Part shown: in pieces, positions 25,942 through 36,052 of the stretch
Numbering within the stretch: the stretch's first letter is position 1
Layout of the letters: each line of letters opens with the position of its first letter
Source of the DNA: an uncultured delta proteobacterium
GTDB lineage: Bacteria; Desulfobacterota; Syntrophobacteria; Syntrophobacterales; Syntrophobacteraceae
Direction: 5' to 3'
Length of the DNA: 64,000 bases
NCBI GenBank assembly: GCA_963808625.1
Contig: CAWEHK010000031.1
Coordinates: forward strand, 1-64,000
Position numbers and translations under genes: made by a program
The notes under the pieces: generated by a model
What the model saw: only the letters and a program-made list of their open reading frames with translations
Database searches by the model: none
Told to the model about the DNA's origin: nothing

Positions 25942-26367
25942 TCAATGACGTTCAAGCTTTTCGACTCTGATGCCCAAATCGAGTTTCAGAATCTCCGGGT
26001 CTCCCGTCAGGATGATTCCATTCAAGGATTGGGTGAGGGCGACTGCGAAAGCATCAGCGTAGGAAAGAGGAAACCTCATCTTGTTTTGGGCGGCTCGCAG
26101 CACATCCTGTTTTTTGACTTCATATAACTTGACCGGCAGCAGCAGGATCTCTTCCAGAGTCTCAGCGGCTGCAGCATCACCCTTCTTCTTCCCAATCTGG
26201 TAATAGACTTCACCAAGATTGATCCAGGACATATGAAGGGAGACTGCCTTCCGTTCGGCCTCGTTGATAGCCTTAAGAACCTTTGATGCCGCAGGCTCCT
26301 CACCCTGGATCAGGGCAAGCAAAGCCCATGCGTCAAGGATCAGTCTCTCGCCTGAGATCTTCTGCAT
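25942..26367 (-). CDS. vapC: VapC-family PIN toxin
   Basis: ILDAWALLA, INLGEVYY, LSYADAFAVA and LTGDPE motifs. Confidence 0.88.
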   Translation of the reverse strand: MQKISGERLILDAWALLALIQGEEPAASKVLKAINEAERKAVSLHMSWINLGEVYYQIGKKKGDAAAAETLEEILLLPVKLYEVKKQDVLRAAQNKMRFPLSYADAFAVALTQSLNGIILTGDPEILKLDLGIRVEKLERH

Positions 26368-26572
26368 GGTCGATTTCCAGGGCTTCTACCAGCGATTCGG
26401 TTCGGTATTTCCCATAAAGCTTTTCTTGGACGGATTTTCTCAAGGGAGTCAGAATAATTCGTTTGCCATCTTGCGTGACCTGAAACAAGCTTCCGCGATT
26501 GATTTTCAAGTCATCTCGGATACGCTTCGGAAGGACTACCTGACCCTTTGATGACACCTTGGCAGTAAGCAT
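26333..26572 (-). CDS. AbrB/MazE-family antitoxin
   Basis: KVSSKGQVVLPKRIRDDL motif. Confidence 0.88.
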   Translation of the reverse strand: MLTAKVSSKGQVVLPKRIRDDLKINRGSLFQVTQDGKRIILTPLRKSVQEKLYGKYRTESLVEALEIDHAEDLRRETDP

Positions 26573-26774
26573 AATCTTACTCCTTCTTTCATCTTACCAA
26601 TAAAATAGTAAGCAAGTGCTCCACCTATGTCAACCGCAAAAAAACTTCACTCACAACATAGGAAACTACACCAAGAATTTTTCAAGGAGCATTGCGCCGA
26701 GATGGATATGGGGAGGAGAAGGATCTGTTGGAATGCGGATCATAGTCTTGCCGGTATGCCCGGAGAAAGGGCGG

Positions 26775-27330
26775 TCACAAGTGGGTGAACGGCAGCCCGA
26801 TGATGCGGTCGGAATAGATCCGCGGAGCCACATCGTTATTGATGACGATCGCCAACCTGTGCTTGGTGATCGGCCACAAAATCGCGCAAGCTTCCAAGCT
26901 CACGCGCTCCCACCGTCGATGTGTGTTTGATCTCGAGGGCTACGAGGCCAAAGGCTCCTTCAAGCGCCAGGTCTATTTCCGCCCCCCCGCCGGTTCGGTA
27001 GTGACTGTATTGATAGCCGACCCCCAACGCGCTCAACTGGCGGAGCACCTCCTCCAGCACCATCCCTGCCCAGGACGCTCCCATCTGAGGATGACTCAAG
27101 AGGGCATCCGGTTCGGGAATGCGCAGCAGCGTGTGGAGCAGACCGCTGTCCCGCAGGTAGCCTCGCGGATGTTTGACTACCCGTTTCAAGGAATTCCTGG
27201 TGAAGGCCGGGACCATTCGCCAGATGAAGGTGCCGTGAGCGATCTCAAAGTAGTCGCGGGTGGTCGGCTGGGAGACCCCGAGGGCCCGGGCGACTTCCGC
27301 AATATTGAGAATACGGCCGGACAATCCGCC
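26775..27330 (-). pseudogene. C-terminal DUF4143 part of an AAA+ ATPase, 5' truncated
   Basis: KRVVKHPRGYLRDSGLL, YRTGGGAEIDL and ALEIK motifs; no P-loop present. Confidence 0.78.
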
Positions 27331-27392
27331 CAGCACGCGGGGTCGGACCAAGCCAATACTGTCAGCACGCGGGGTCGGACCAAGCCAATACT
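27331..27392. repeat. Perfect 30-bp tandem duplication at the truncation point
   Basis: cagcacgcggggtcggaccaagccaatact twice, with a 2-bp spacer. Confidence 0.9.
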
Positions 27393-27618
27393 CTGAAATT
27401 ATTAATATTCATTGAAATTGGACTGTCTTTCTTGCCCTTAGGACCTTCTTTTTGCCGCGAAGAAGCGCCTTCTAAGAGGTCCCGATTTTCTTCTTTCCTG
27501 GAATACTTGAGGTTCGTCCCGAATCCAAATTCCAGCCGCCTCTCGTTGCCATTCGCTCGGTTTTGTGTCAATAATAGCTCCGGCTTTGACGATTTCCTCA
27601 TTTCAGAAGGCTATTCCA

Positions 27619-28035
27619 TTGATTGCCAAGACCTACACCTGCAGCCTCCTCGGGATTGATGCCCTGCTCGTGGAAGTGGAAGCGGACCTGTCCCCCGGGC
27701 TCCCTTACTTCGCCATGGTCGGCCTCCCCGACAACATCGTGCGGGAGAGCAAGGACCGGGTGAAGACGGCGCTCCAGAACAGCGGCTATCCCTTTCCCAT
27801 GGAACGGATCACCGCCAATCTCGCACCGACGCATCTCGAGAAGGAAGGGGCGGGGTTCGATCGGCCCATCGCGAAGGGTGTCCTGGCGGCCATGGGCTTG
27901 CTCGATCGGCAGATGGCCGAAAAGGTGATTCTGGTCGGGGAACTCTCCCTCGACGGCAGGGTCAAACCGGTCACCGGCAGTCTGCCGATGGCCATCCATA
28001 CCCGGAAGAGCGGCTACGGCCACCCGAATATTTAA
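27619..28035 (+). pseudogene. comM: 5' fragment of ComM/YifB Mg-chelatase-like helicase
   Basis: GIDALLVEVEAD, VGLPDNIVRESKDRV, ITANLAP and GELSLDGRVKPV motifs; stops after about 138 aa of a roughly 500-aa family. Confidence 0.85.
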
Positions 28036-28154
28036 TCTCATTGCGTACCATTTTGCAGCGAAAGACCTCGGTGTTTTTTGCGGTGTGAATGTATTTCACG
28101 GTGAATAAATTTCACAATTGACAAGTATTGCAGGGTATCGCATAGATTATTCCA

Positions 28155-28540
28155 CGTTTCCCGTGCTAAACGAATTTCCTCTCACTTCGGCAGACTGGTT
28201 TGTCACGTCACCGGTTCCGCCTGAGTGTTGTCTCAAGGTGCTTCCATGGCGAGAATCCTTTTTCCGTGTAGTTGGAAGAAAGGAGGTGAGAAGACACCAG
28301 TTCCATCAAATGCCTGATGCATTTAGCATGATGAGTTAGCCGAACCAGAACCATTATCTTATCAGCTTAAGAAAGCCGCTTTGAGAGGTGGCGACCGGCG
28401 CTTATTTTTCGAGACGGCAGAAGGAGAGGGGGCCATGAGCAGGGTGAAGTGGTTGTGTGCAATGCTGATCGGACTTCTATGGGTAGGTCCCGCCTGGGGC
28501 ATGGAGCGCGGGGTGTTCGCCAATGGCAAGGTCCATTTCT
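28155..28540 (+). repeat. Leader plus signal-peptide region, near-identical to 31962-32347
   Basis: Direct repeat with offset 3807 and only a handful of mismatches. Confidence 0.9.
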
Positions 28541-31500
28541 GTTATGTGTGTGGGACTGACGCCTGTCACAAGTCTTACAATGTTGATAGTAATGGTATGC
28601 TTAACCCAAAATTCACCACAGATAAACCGGATAACTCTATCTACCACGGCTACTGTCGCTATGCCAAGGGCCGTGGGACGGGTATGGCCGTCTTCAATAA
28701 TCAGCTATTTTTTACCTTTACCGCGCAGACCGCCTGCAATGATACCGCCGACGTATGGCCCTTCGTTGCCGTCTTTGACCTGACGCTAAACAAATTTACT
28801 TCCGTGACAAAACTGGGGAGCACACCGCTTCACAGTGATAACCGGGCGCATGGTAGAACGGCTGGCGCTGCAGTGGCGGTGCTAAACAATACCCTTTATG
28901 TCTTTACGGATACCAGCACCTTTACGAGCACCAATGGAACAGGCTGGATTTCTCATACCCCCGGGCTCATCACGGACGCTAAGGGCAACCCGTTGATAGA
29001 CTATCAAATCGACGACGCCATTACCATTTTCCCCACGGATTCGGACCCAAAGATCCTTCTCCTTCTTGGGTATACGGATTTCGAGTCGGGCGTTTATACC
29101 GGGTTGTCGGCAGTTACCTGGAACGGCAAATTTGGCGCGGATTCCGACTACTCGCCGACGATTGCAACAACCAGTCTGGGTCTGGGTGCAAGTGTCGATT
29201 ATACTGCCGGTCTGCTTACGGGTACCGCCAAGTCACCGGATTCCAGTCATTTCATCGACGGCACTAAAGCTGCTTCGGTTCAGCTGTTCGTAGCATATGT
29301 AAACAACGACGGGGGCGACAGCGTGCGCCGCCTTGAATACACCTATCAGACCACACCAGGCAAATGGACCATCGATTCCAAGCACCTCAGTGGCTCTGGT
29401 AGCACTATCGACGGTCTTGTTGCTTTCCCCTGGTACAGCGACCAATGTAGCTCCGACAATGCAACACGCATCCAGAGACAACATCTTTCCATAAATACTC
29501 ATGAGTGCACAAAATATGGACCTATTATGGGCTGTAAGGAATTTAAATGGAAGGCCAGAGACTTCCTTTCCGACGCCATGGTCCCGCAGAAGAGCCCATA
29601 TCAGGACAAGGAAAATTGGATCCCCATTTCTTGCCAAAATTGGGGTGGGACCTACACAGAAACCGACGCTAAGGGTCAAAGCGATGATGACATGTCTTTG
29701 AGAAAATACTGGCAACTTCAGGGCGTCGTGTTGGGTCCGCCCCCCTTCGCCATCAACGAGGTCCCCGCCACCGAGACGGGAGAACTCTCCAATGTGGAAT
29801 ACGGACTGGAGAATTCCATTGGGGTGAAGCATTCACAGAATTGGGAGAATGTGCTGACACTTTCAGCCGGCTTTAAGGTCCATGCCGGCTTTTTGGATGA
29901 GTTTCTGGGGATAAGCGATCAATTCGATATTGGATATAAGCATGGATGGCTGCAGGAACACGAAAACAGCAGCTCCTGGAGTGCAAATTTATTGGTCAAA
30001 ATGGGCACCTCGATGATCTCTTCCGAGGACCTGGAAAACCTGGACCAACACGCGTGGGGTATCTTCAGTATACCGACCATGCTGGTTCAGGATTTCCGCC
30101 TGTACTCCTACGACTACGACATCAATAAGCCTAATACCGGCCGCTATCTTGGACAGGACCTGCACTCTACCCAGGTACTGAATGACAATAAGCACAAGGG
30201 TAGCGTTCAGCAAATTGAGTTCCGCCTCGCGGATCCGGGAGGCGATAAGGACGAAATCCCCGGACTTTTTTCCGAGGTCCCCGGCCTCCCTGATATTGGA
30301 ATGGCAAACCGATTCCCCACTTCAACGGACCTTCATTCCTGGTACGCGGTGCATTGGGATGTTGACAACGCCATTTGGGGGGTCAGATACCCCAACGACA
30401 AGCTGCCAAACTACCTGCTGAAATATAGCCCCGGTTCGGGCACTGACACTGAATTTACCCTTACCGACGATAATCTTACCACTTCCGGTGCGACCAACAG
30501 CATAGATATCAAGAATCAGGTCTCTATGGAGATCGGTACAAAGCTCCTGGGCTTTGGGGCGGATTTTACGGCCGGCTACGAGGGAAGTTTCGGTGCGAAA
30601 GTGACCGGTACAACAAGTCTCAAGGAAGATGTAAAGGCTTCACTTGGGATGAAGGATTGCAGCGCCCCCTACTGCTACAAGTCGGTGACCATACAGCCTT
30701 ACTGGCTCGATGCACTGGAAGACACCGCGCCCTGGATCCCCGCCGTCTATAAGGGGCAACGCCCCTGGTGCCTGACGTGGAGGGTCAAGAGTGCATGCAC
30801 GCATGATAACCACTGCTTTGGCGACTCCCCTTTACCCCAGCAGATCACGGGCAGCGTTGTTGGAGTACCGGAGCAGAGCGCTGCTTCCAGCTCCTTGTAT
30901 AAGAGCCATTATCACGTCAGAGGTGGAAGCCTGACCTGGCAGGACGAAGAGGGAACGAGAAAACCTATCCCGATGACCGCAGGTCAGTTCAAACCATTTC
31001 TTGGCGCTACCGTGTCTCTGAATGGCTTCACCTGGTCTTCAACCCAGGCCGAAGGTAAGTGGACACGACACGGAAACACATGGGCATTCAACACCAGTAA
31101 ATCGGCCGAGCGCAATATCGTCAAGCTTAAGCTCGATTTTGAGAACCGGACCTGGGATTTCGACATTGCCAAAACCGATCTTTCCAGCGCCTTCAAGGCC
31201 TCCCAAGGTGGTGCTCAACTCAGGCTCACAGTCAATGACCGCTATGGCTTCGCTGCCGGCATAAACCACGATGTCCATATAAGCTGGGATCAGAAGCTGC
31301 CCAAGAAGCAGCCCAACGTCATGGAGCTTACCCGCAACATGGGCGTGTATGATTCTGCCGCGGGCACTGGCGACGCGTTCCTCAGCGGCACCCTCCCCGC
31401 GCCCCTCGATTTCTTCGGCGACATGACCATTGAAGTGAACGGACACAGCCGCATGATACCTCTCATCTCAATGGTATATTTTGACGACGCGGTAGCGAAG

Positions 31501-31725
31501 GGTAAGGCCCTCGAATACGACGCGGGTGATCTTCACTTTGCCGTGGATTTCGGGAAGAAGACATGGTGGGCTCGCTTCAAGGGTGAAGCTTTCAACCGGC
31601 TTCATGCTCCGCGAGCGGGGACCTCCCGCATCGTGATCAGGGTGGGCGGAGAACCCTGGTACAAGGGCGAGGTCCCGATTTCCAATCACACGTCCAATCT
31701 GAAGTTTTACGGGACGCGATCCTAG
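28435..31725 (+). CDS. Large secreted multidomain hypothetical protein (~1096 aa)
   Basis: RBS aaggag, signal peptide MSRVKWLCAMLIGLLWVGPAWG, uninterrupted ORF, Cys pairs, beta-rich composition. Confidence 0.85.
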   Translation: MSRVKWLCAMLIGLLWVGPAWGMERGVFANGKVHFCYVCGTDACHKSYNVDSNGMLNPKFTTDKPDNSIYHGYCRYAKGRGTGMAVFNNQLFFTFTAQTACNDTADVWPFVAVFDLTLNKFTSVTKLGSTPLHSDNRAHGRTAGAAVAVLNNTLYVFTDTSTFTSTNGTGWISHTPGLITDAKGNPLIDYQIDDAITIFPTDSDPKILLLLGYTDFESGVYTGLSAVTWNGKFGADSDYSPTIATTSLGLGASVDYTAGLLTGTAKSPDSSHFIDGTKAASVQLFVAYVNNDGGDSVRRLEYTYQTTPGKWTIDSKHLSGSGSTIDGLVAFPWYSDQCSSDNATRIQRQHLSINTHECTKYGPIMGCKEFKWKARDFLSDAMVPQKSPYQDKENWIPISCQNWGGTYTETDAKGQSDDDMSLRKYWQLQGVVLGPPPFAINEVPATETGELSNVEYGLENSIGVKHSQNWENVLTLSAGFKVHAGFLDEFLGISDQFDIGYKHGWLQEHENSSSWSANLLVKMGTSMISSEDLENLDQHAWGIFSIPTMLVQDFRLYSYDYDINKPNTGRYLGQDLHSTQVLNDNKHKGSVQQIEFRLADPGGDKDEIPGLFSEVPGLPDIGMANRFPTSTDLHSWYAVHWDVDNAIWGVRYPNDKLPNYLLKYSPGSGTDTEFTLTDDNLTTSGATNSIDIKNQVSMEIGTKLLGFGADFTAGYEGSFGAKVTGTTSLKEDVKASLGMKDCSAPYCYKSVTIQPYWLDALEDTAPWIPAVYKGQRPWCLTWRVKSACTHDNHCFGDSPLPQQITGSVVGVPEQSAASSSLYKSHYHVRGGSLTWQDEEGTRKPIPMTAGQFKPFLGATVSLNGFTWSSTQAEGKWTRHGNTWAFNTSKSAERNIVKLKLDFENRTWDFDIAKTDLSSAFKASQGGAQLRLTVNDRYGFAAGINHDVHISWDQKLPKKQPNVMELTRNMGVYDSAAGTGDAFLSGTLPAPLDFFGDMTIEVNGHSRMIPLISMVYFDDAVAKGKALEYDAGDLHFAVDFGKKTWWARFKGEAFNRLHAPRAGTSRIVIRVGGEPWYKGEVPISNHTSNLKFYGTRS

Positions 31726-32430
31726 CGTTACAGCCCAGGAATTTCATCGCGGATCGAGGCGGTCGCCGCCGCTGACACGGTTTGTTGCCTAAATGGCGTC
31801 GCGGCTGGCAGGTACAAGAAATAATAGTCAAAACCGCATCCCCCTCTCCCGTATCGGGAGAGGGGACCTCCAGCGGAACGAGGAATGCGTCCAGTGCCTC
31901 CTGAGTCCACTCCGATCTGCTGCTCTTGCGGAGGGCGGGCTGGGTCGGGCCCAATGCCGTTCGTTTCCCGTGCTCAACAAATTTCCTTTCACTTGGGGAG
32001 ACTGGTTTGTCACGTCACCGGTTCCGCCTGAGTGTTGTCTCAAGGTGCTTCCATGGCGAGAATCCTTTTTCCGTGTAGTTGGAAGAAAGGAGGTGAGAAG
32101 ACACCAGTTCCATCAAATGCCTGATGCATTTGGCATGATGAGTTAGCCGAACCAGAACAATTATCTTATCAGCTTAAGAAAGCCGCTTTGAGAGGTGGCG
32201 ACCGGCGCTTATTTTTCGAGGCGGCAGAAGGAGAGGGGGCCATGAGCAGGGTGAAGTGGTTGTGTGCAATGCTGATCGGACTTCTATGGGTAGGTCCCGC
32301 CTGGGGCATGGGGCGCGGGGTGTTCGTCAATGGCAAGGTCCATTTCTTTTATTTGGACCAGTCGGCTGAGGTCTGCCACAGTTCTCACAATGTCGACAGC
32401 AATGGTATGCTTAACCCAAAATATGACTCA

Positions 32431-33340
32431 GAGCGTGTCTAAAAAGTTTACACTGGACTCGGGGTTAGACTTCTGATAAGTCAACATGGGACAACCCTAG
32501 CAATGGAGGAGCCCATGTGTGACACAAGCCAACCGCAGCAGCCGTATTCCAGTGACTTGAGTGTGAATGAATGGCAGTTTCTCAAACCGCTGGTTCCCAT
32601 GCCTAAACATGGCGGGAGACCGGCCAAATACGAGCGTTTGGAGATCCTCAATGCGATACTGTATCTGGTGCGCTCCGGTTGCGCGTGGCGTCTTTTGCCA
32701 CATGACTTCCCTCCCTGGCGGATCGTCTATCACTACTTCTCGTCATGGCGCCGTGATGGCACATGGACACAGGTCCATGACGCACTACGATCCCAGGTGC
32801 GCATTGCCGAGGGACGGGAAGCCGAACCAAGTGCAGCCATCCTCGACAGCCAATCGGTCAAGACGACCGAAAAAGGGGGCTCCATGGATATGATGCCGGC
32901 AAGAAGGTCAATGGCCGCAAACGGCATCTGCTCGTAGACACGCTGGGGTTGGTTATTGCTGTAGTCGTTCATGCAGCCAACATTCAGGATCGAGACGGCG
33001 CCAAAATACTCTTCTCTCTGATACGCGATGCCTATCTGCGTATCCGGCTCGTTTGGGCCGATGGGGGATACGCTGGAAAATTGATCGAGTGGGTCGCTTC
33101 TTTGCGAAACAGCAACTGCCTCCGGTTGGAGATTGTGAAAAGGTCCGACGCAATCAAAGGCTTTTACGTTCTTCCGCGCCGCTGGGTTGTGGAGAGAACC
33201 TTTGGCTGGTTGGGACGTCATCGGAGACTTTCCAAAGATTATGAGTACCTGACTGAAACCAGTGAAAACATGATCCGTGTCGCCATGATCAAATTGATGG
33301 TGCGGCGACTCGCATCCGGCTGACCTTTTTAGACACGCTC
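32431..33340 (+). mobile_element. Complete IS5-family element (IS1031/IS427-like), 910 bp
   Basis: Perfect 16-bp TIRs gagcgtgtctaaaaag / ctttttagacacgctc; 3-bp TSD TCA. Confidence 0.95.
32503..33323 (+). CDS. IS5 transposase in two ORFs joined by a probable programmed -1 frameshift
   Basis: YSSDLS, WRLLPHDFPPW, ILDSQSVK, WADGGY and RWVVERTFGW motifs; slippery AAAAAGGGGG near 32870. Confidence 0.92.
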
Positions 33341-34423
33341 TCAGAAAACTGGAGTAACTGTATCTACCACGGCTACAATCGTCATTCCAAGGGCCGGGGC
33401 ACGGGTGTGGCCGTCTTCGATAATAGGATATTTTTTACCTTTACCGGACAGTCTCCCAACAATGCTACCGCCCCCATATATCCCCTTGTCGCCGTCTTTG
33501 ACCTGACAGAGGATAAATTTATTTCTGTGACAAAGCTGGGCAGCACGCCGCTTCACAGTGATAACCTGGCACAAGGCAAAGCTGCGGGTGCTGCAATAGC
33601 GGTCCTGAACAATATGCTTTACCTTTTTACGGATACAAATACCTGGACCAGCGCCAATGGAAACGACTGGGCTTCTCATACGCCCGGGCTCATCACGAAC
33701 GCTAATGACGGGGCGCTGATAGACTATCAAATCGAAGATGCTATTACTATTTTCCCCTCGGATTCGGATCCAAAGATCCTCCTCCTCCTCGGGTACACGG
33801 GGAGCGAAGGGAGCACCTACGATTACTTAACGTCAGTTACCTGGAACGGCCAATTTGGCGCGAATTCCGACTACTCGCCGAGCGTTGCAACAACCATTGT
33901 ATATCAGAACTCGATTACGGATACTGCCGGCCTGCTCACGGGCACCGCCAGGTCTCCGGACCATGATTATTTCACCGACGGCGCTAAAGCCGCTTCCGTT
34001 CAGCTTTTTGTACAGTTCCTCACGAGCAGTAATTATGATGTGAAACGCCTTGAATACAACTATCAGACCACACCGGGCAAATGGACGATCGATCCTCAGC
34101 ACCTCCACCCATGTTCGAACTGCGGTGTCTATGACCTTGTTGCTTTCCCCTGGTACACCGACGAATGCAGCAATGACGGTGCAACACGCATCCAGAGACA
34201 ACATCTTTCCCTAAATACCTATGAATGAACAGATTACAAAACCACTATGGGCTGTAAATCAAAAAAATGGGTCGCCAGAGACTTCTATTCCGACGCCATG
34301 GTCCCACAGAAAAACCCGTATTCTCCAGACAACTCACATTGGGTGCCTATTTCTTGCCTCACCACCGGACACTTTTTCGGGTAGTGCGAAAAGACGGGTT
34401 GACCGGCCAATCTGTACCTTTTT

Positions 34424-34830
34424 TCAGGTACTTTCTAAAGCAGCCAGTGCTGCCCGGAGCTTTGCAAGGCGTCTTGCCAGGGGTTGGATTTTGTTTTTGG
34501 TTTGCTGGTTGAGAGTCTGGCGACGGTGCATCTCCAATTGGTGTTTCACGGCATCGAGGACGCGGCATATCGCTGCGATTCCTGTGTTGTCTGCTTGTGC
34601 ATCGTGGGTGGTTTGAAGTTGAGGCACAGCATGAACATAGGCCATATTTTGGCGGGCGAGGTGATATTGGCGTTGCAGATCGGTTTGAGTGACCTGGACG
34701 TAGCGCATGGTCATTCGAATGTCGCGATGACCGAGGATTTCCTTCAAGGCCGTGAGACTGATGCTGGCCCTTAGCATCATGGTGGCGTAGGTATGTCTGT
34801 TATGCCGAGCTCGGCATAACAGATGCGGAC
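34424..34830 (-). pseudogene. C-terminal fragment of a tyrosine recombinase
   Basis: RHTYAT...LKEILGHRDIRMTMRY; the HxxR motif is interrupted by a palindrome. Confidence 0.8.
34796..34823. repeat. Perfect 28-bp palindrome
   Basis: tctgttatgccgag|ctcggcataacaga. Confidence 0.92.
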
Positions 34831-35167
34831 CTTCCCCTTCAGCATCCCAGCCAGAATTCAATGCGCATTTACGCAATAAGGAGGTCCGGTATGATGCCCA
34901 TGGATCTGCATAGAGAATAGGGCTGAGCCCGGAGTGCAAATCTAGCCAGCTCACAATTTCGCATTTTTCATGCAGAAACCCGGAGGTTTTCCCTACAGGG
35001 GTGACAAAGAGTCTCCAGACGAAACTTGTCGCGGCCCAATTCAGCGGTGAGTTGGGGATAGGAATTTGATTTTTGGGTTTGCGCCATCTTTCGGGGGCAA
35101 CCATTTCCCCTCGAGTCCTCCCAGAGCGAAGATCTAATTCCCTTTTCGTCTTCTCCGCACCAACGCG

Positions 35168-35941
35168 TCAGTGGTCTGTTGTCACTATCCCCATCGGAAC
35201 CACGTGGATTCCGGAGTTCTCAAGGGTCTTGCGAATGGTCTTGACCAGTTGGCTTGCGCCCGGGTTGTCGCCGTGGACGCAGAGCGTATCCATTTCGAGA
35301 GCGATTTCTTGGCCGTCGATGCTGGTCATTTGTCCCGTCTTCACCAGCTTGAGGACGCGTTCTTTCACCGTTTCCGGATCATGAATCACGGCGCCCGCCA
35401 TCGAGCGCGGGGCCAACTGGCCATTGCTCAGGTAGGCCCGGTCCGGGAAAACTTCCCGCGCAACCCGTAAGCCCGCATGGGTGGCCATTTGCGCACAGAG
35501 GGAGCCGGCCAGAGCAACCAGGATCAGCTCGGGATCGAAGGCTTTGACCGCCGCGATGACTTCCCCGGCCGCCCGCTCGTCCCGGCCGCCAGGTTATACA
35601 TGGCCCCGTGCGGTTTAACATGCTGGAGCTTGACACCCGCCGCCCGCGCGAAGGCATCGAGGGCTCCGATCTGATAGAGAATGTAGTTCCTGATTTCTCC
35701 GGGAAAGGTTTCCAGATTGCGTCGCCCGTATCCGAGAAGGTCCGGATAGCCCGGGTGCGCACCCACGCCAACGCCGTGCTTTCTTGGCCAGCTCCAGGGT
35801 TCGCGCCATGATCATCGGGTCGCCCGCATGCCAGCCGCAGGCCACGTTGGCCGAGGTGATAAAGGGCATGATCTCTTCGTCCTGGCCGATCCGGTACAAG
35901 CCAAAGCTTTCGCCCATGTCACAGTTGATGTCCGTCCTCAT
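35168..35941 (-). CDS. pxpA: 5-oxoprolinase subunit A (LamB/YcsF), frameshifted
   Basis: [36 protein letters not shown] and TLCVHGDNP motifs. Confidence 0.9.
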
Positions 35942-36052
35942 GGTTTCCTCAATTGCATCGAGAGTGGCCAGTGATCAGTGGTCAGTGGTCAGTGATCAGA
36001 AAAAGGCTAAAAACCTCTGACCCATGTGCTGCTGGTGATCTCGCTTCCAAGC

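Larger units (their letters stand above)
32242..34360 (+). pseudogene. Paralog of the large secreted protein, interrupted by IS5 and 3' truncated
   Basis: Removing the IS and one TSD restores the frame (PKYDS/ENWSNCIYHGY); similarity continues to WVPISC and then stops. Confidence 0.88.

Noticed and set aside
28155..34360. Diversity-generating retroelement (TR/VR pair)
   Set aside because: No reverse transcriptase in the window, and the paralog differences include indels and are not confined to adenines.
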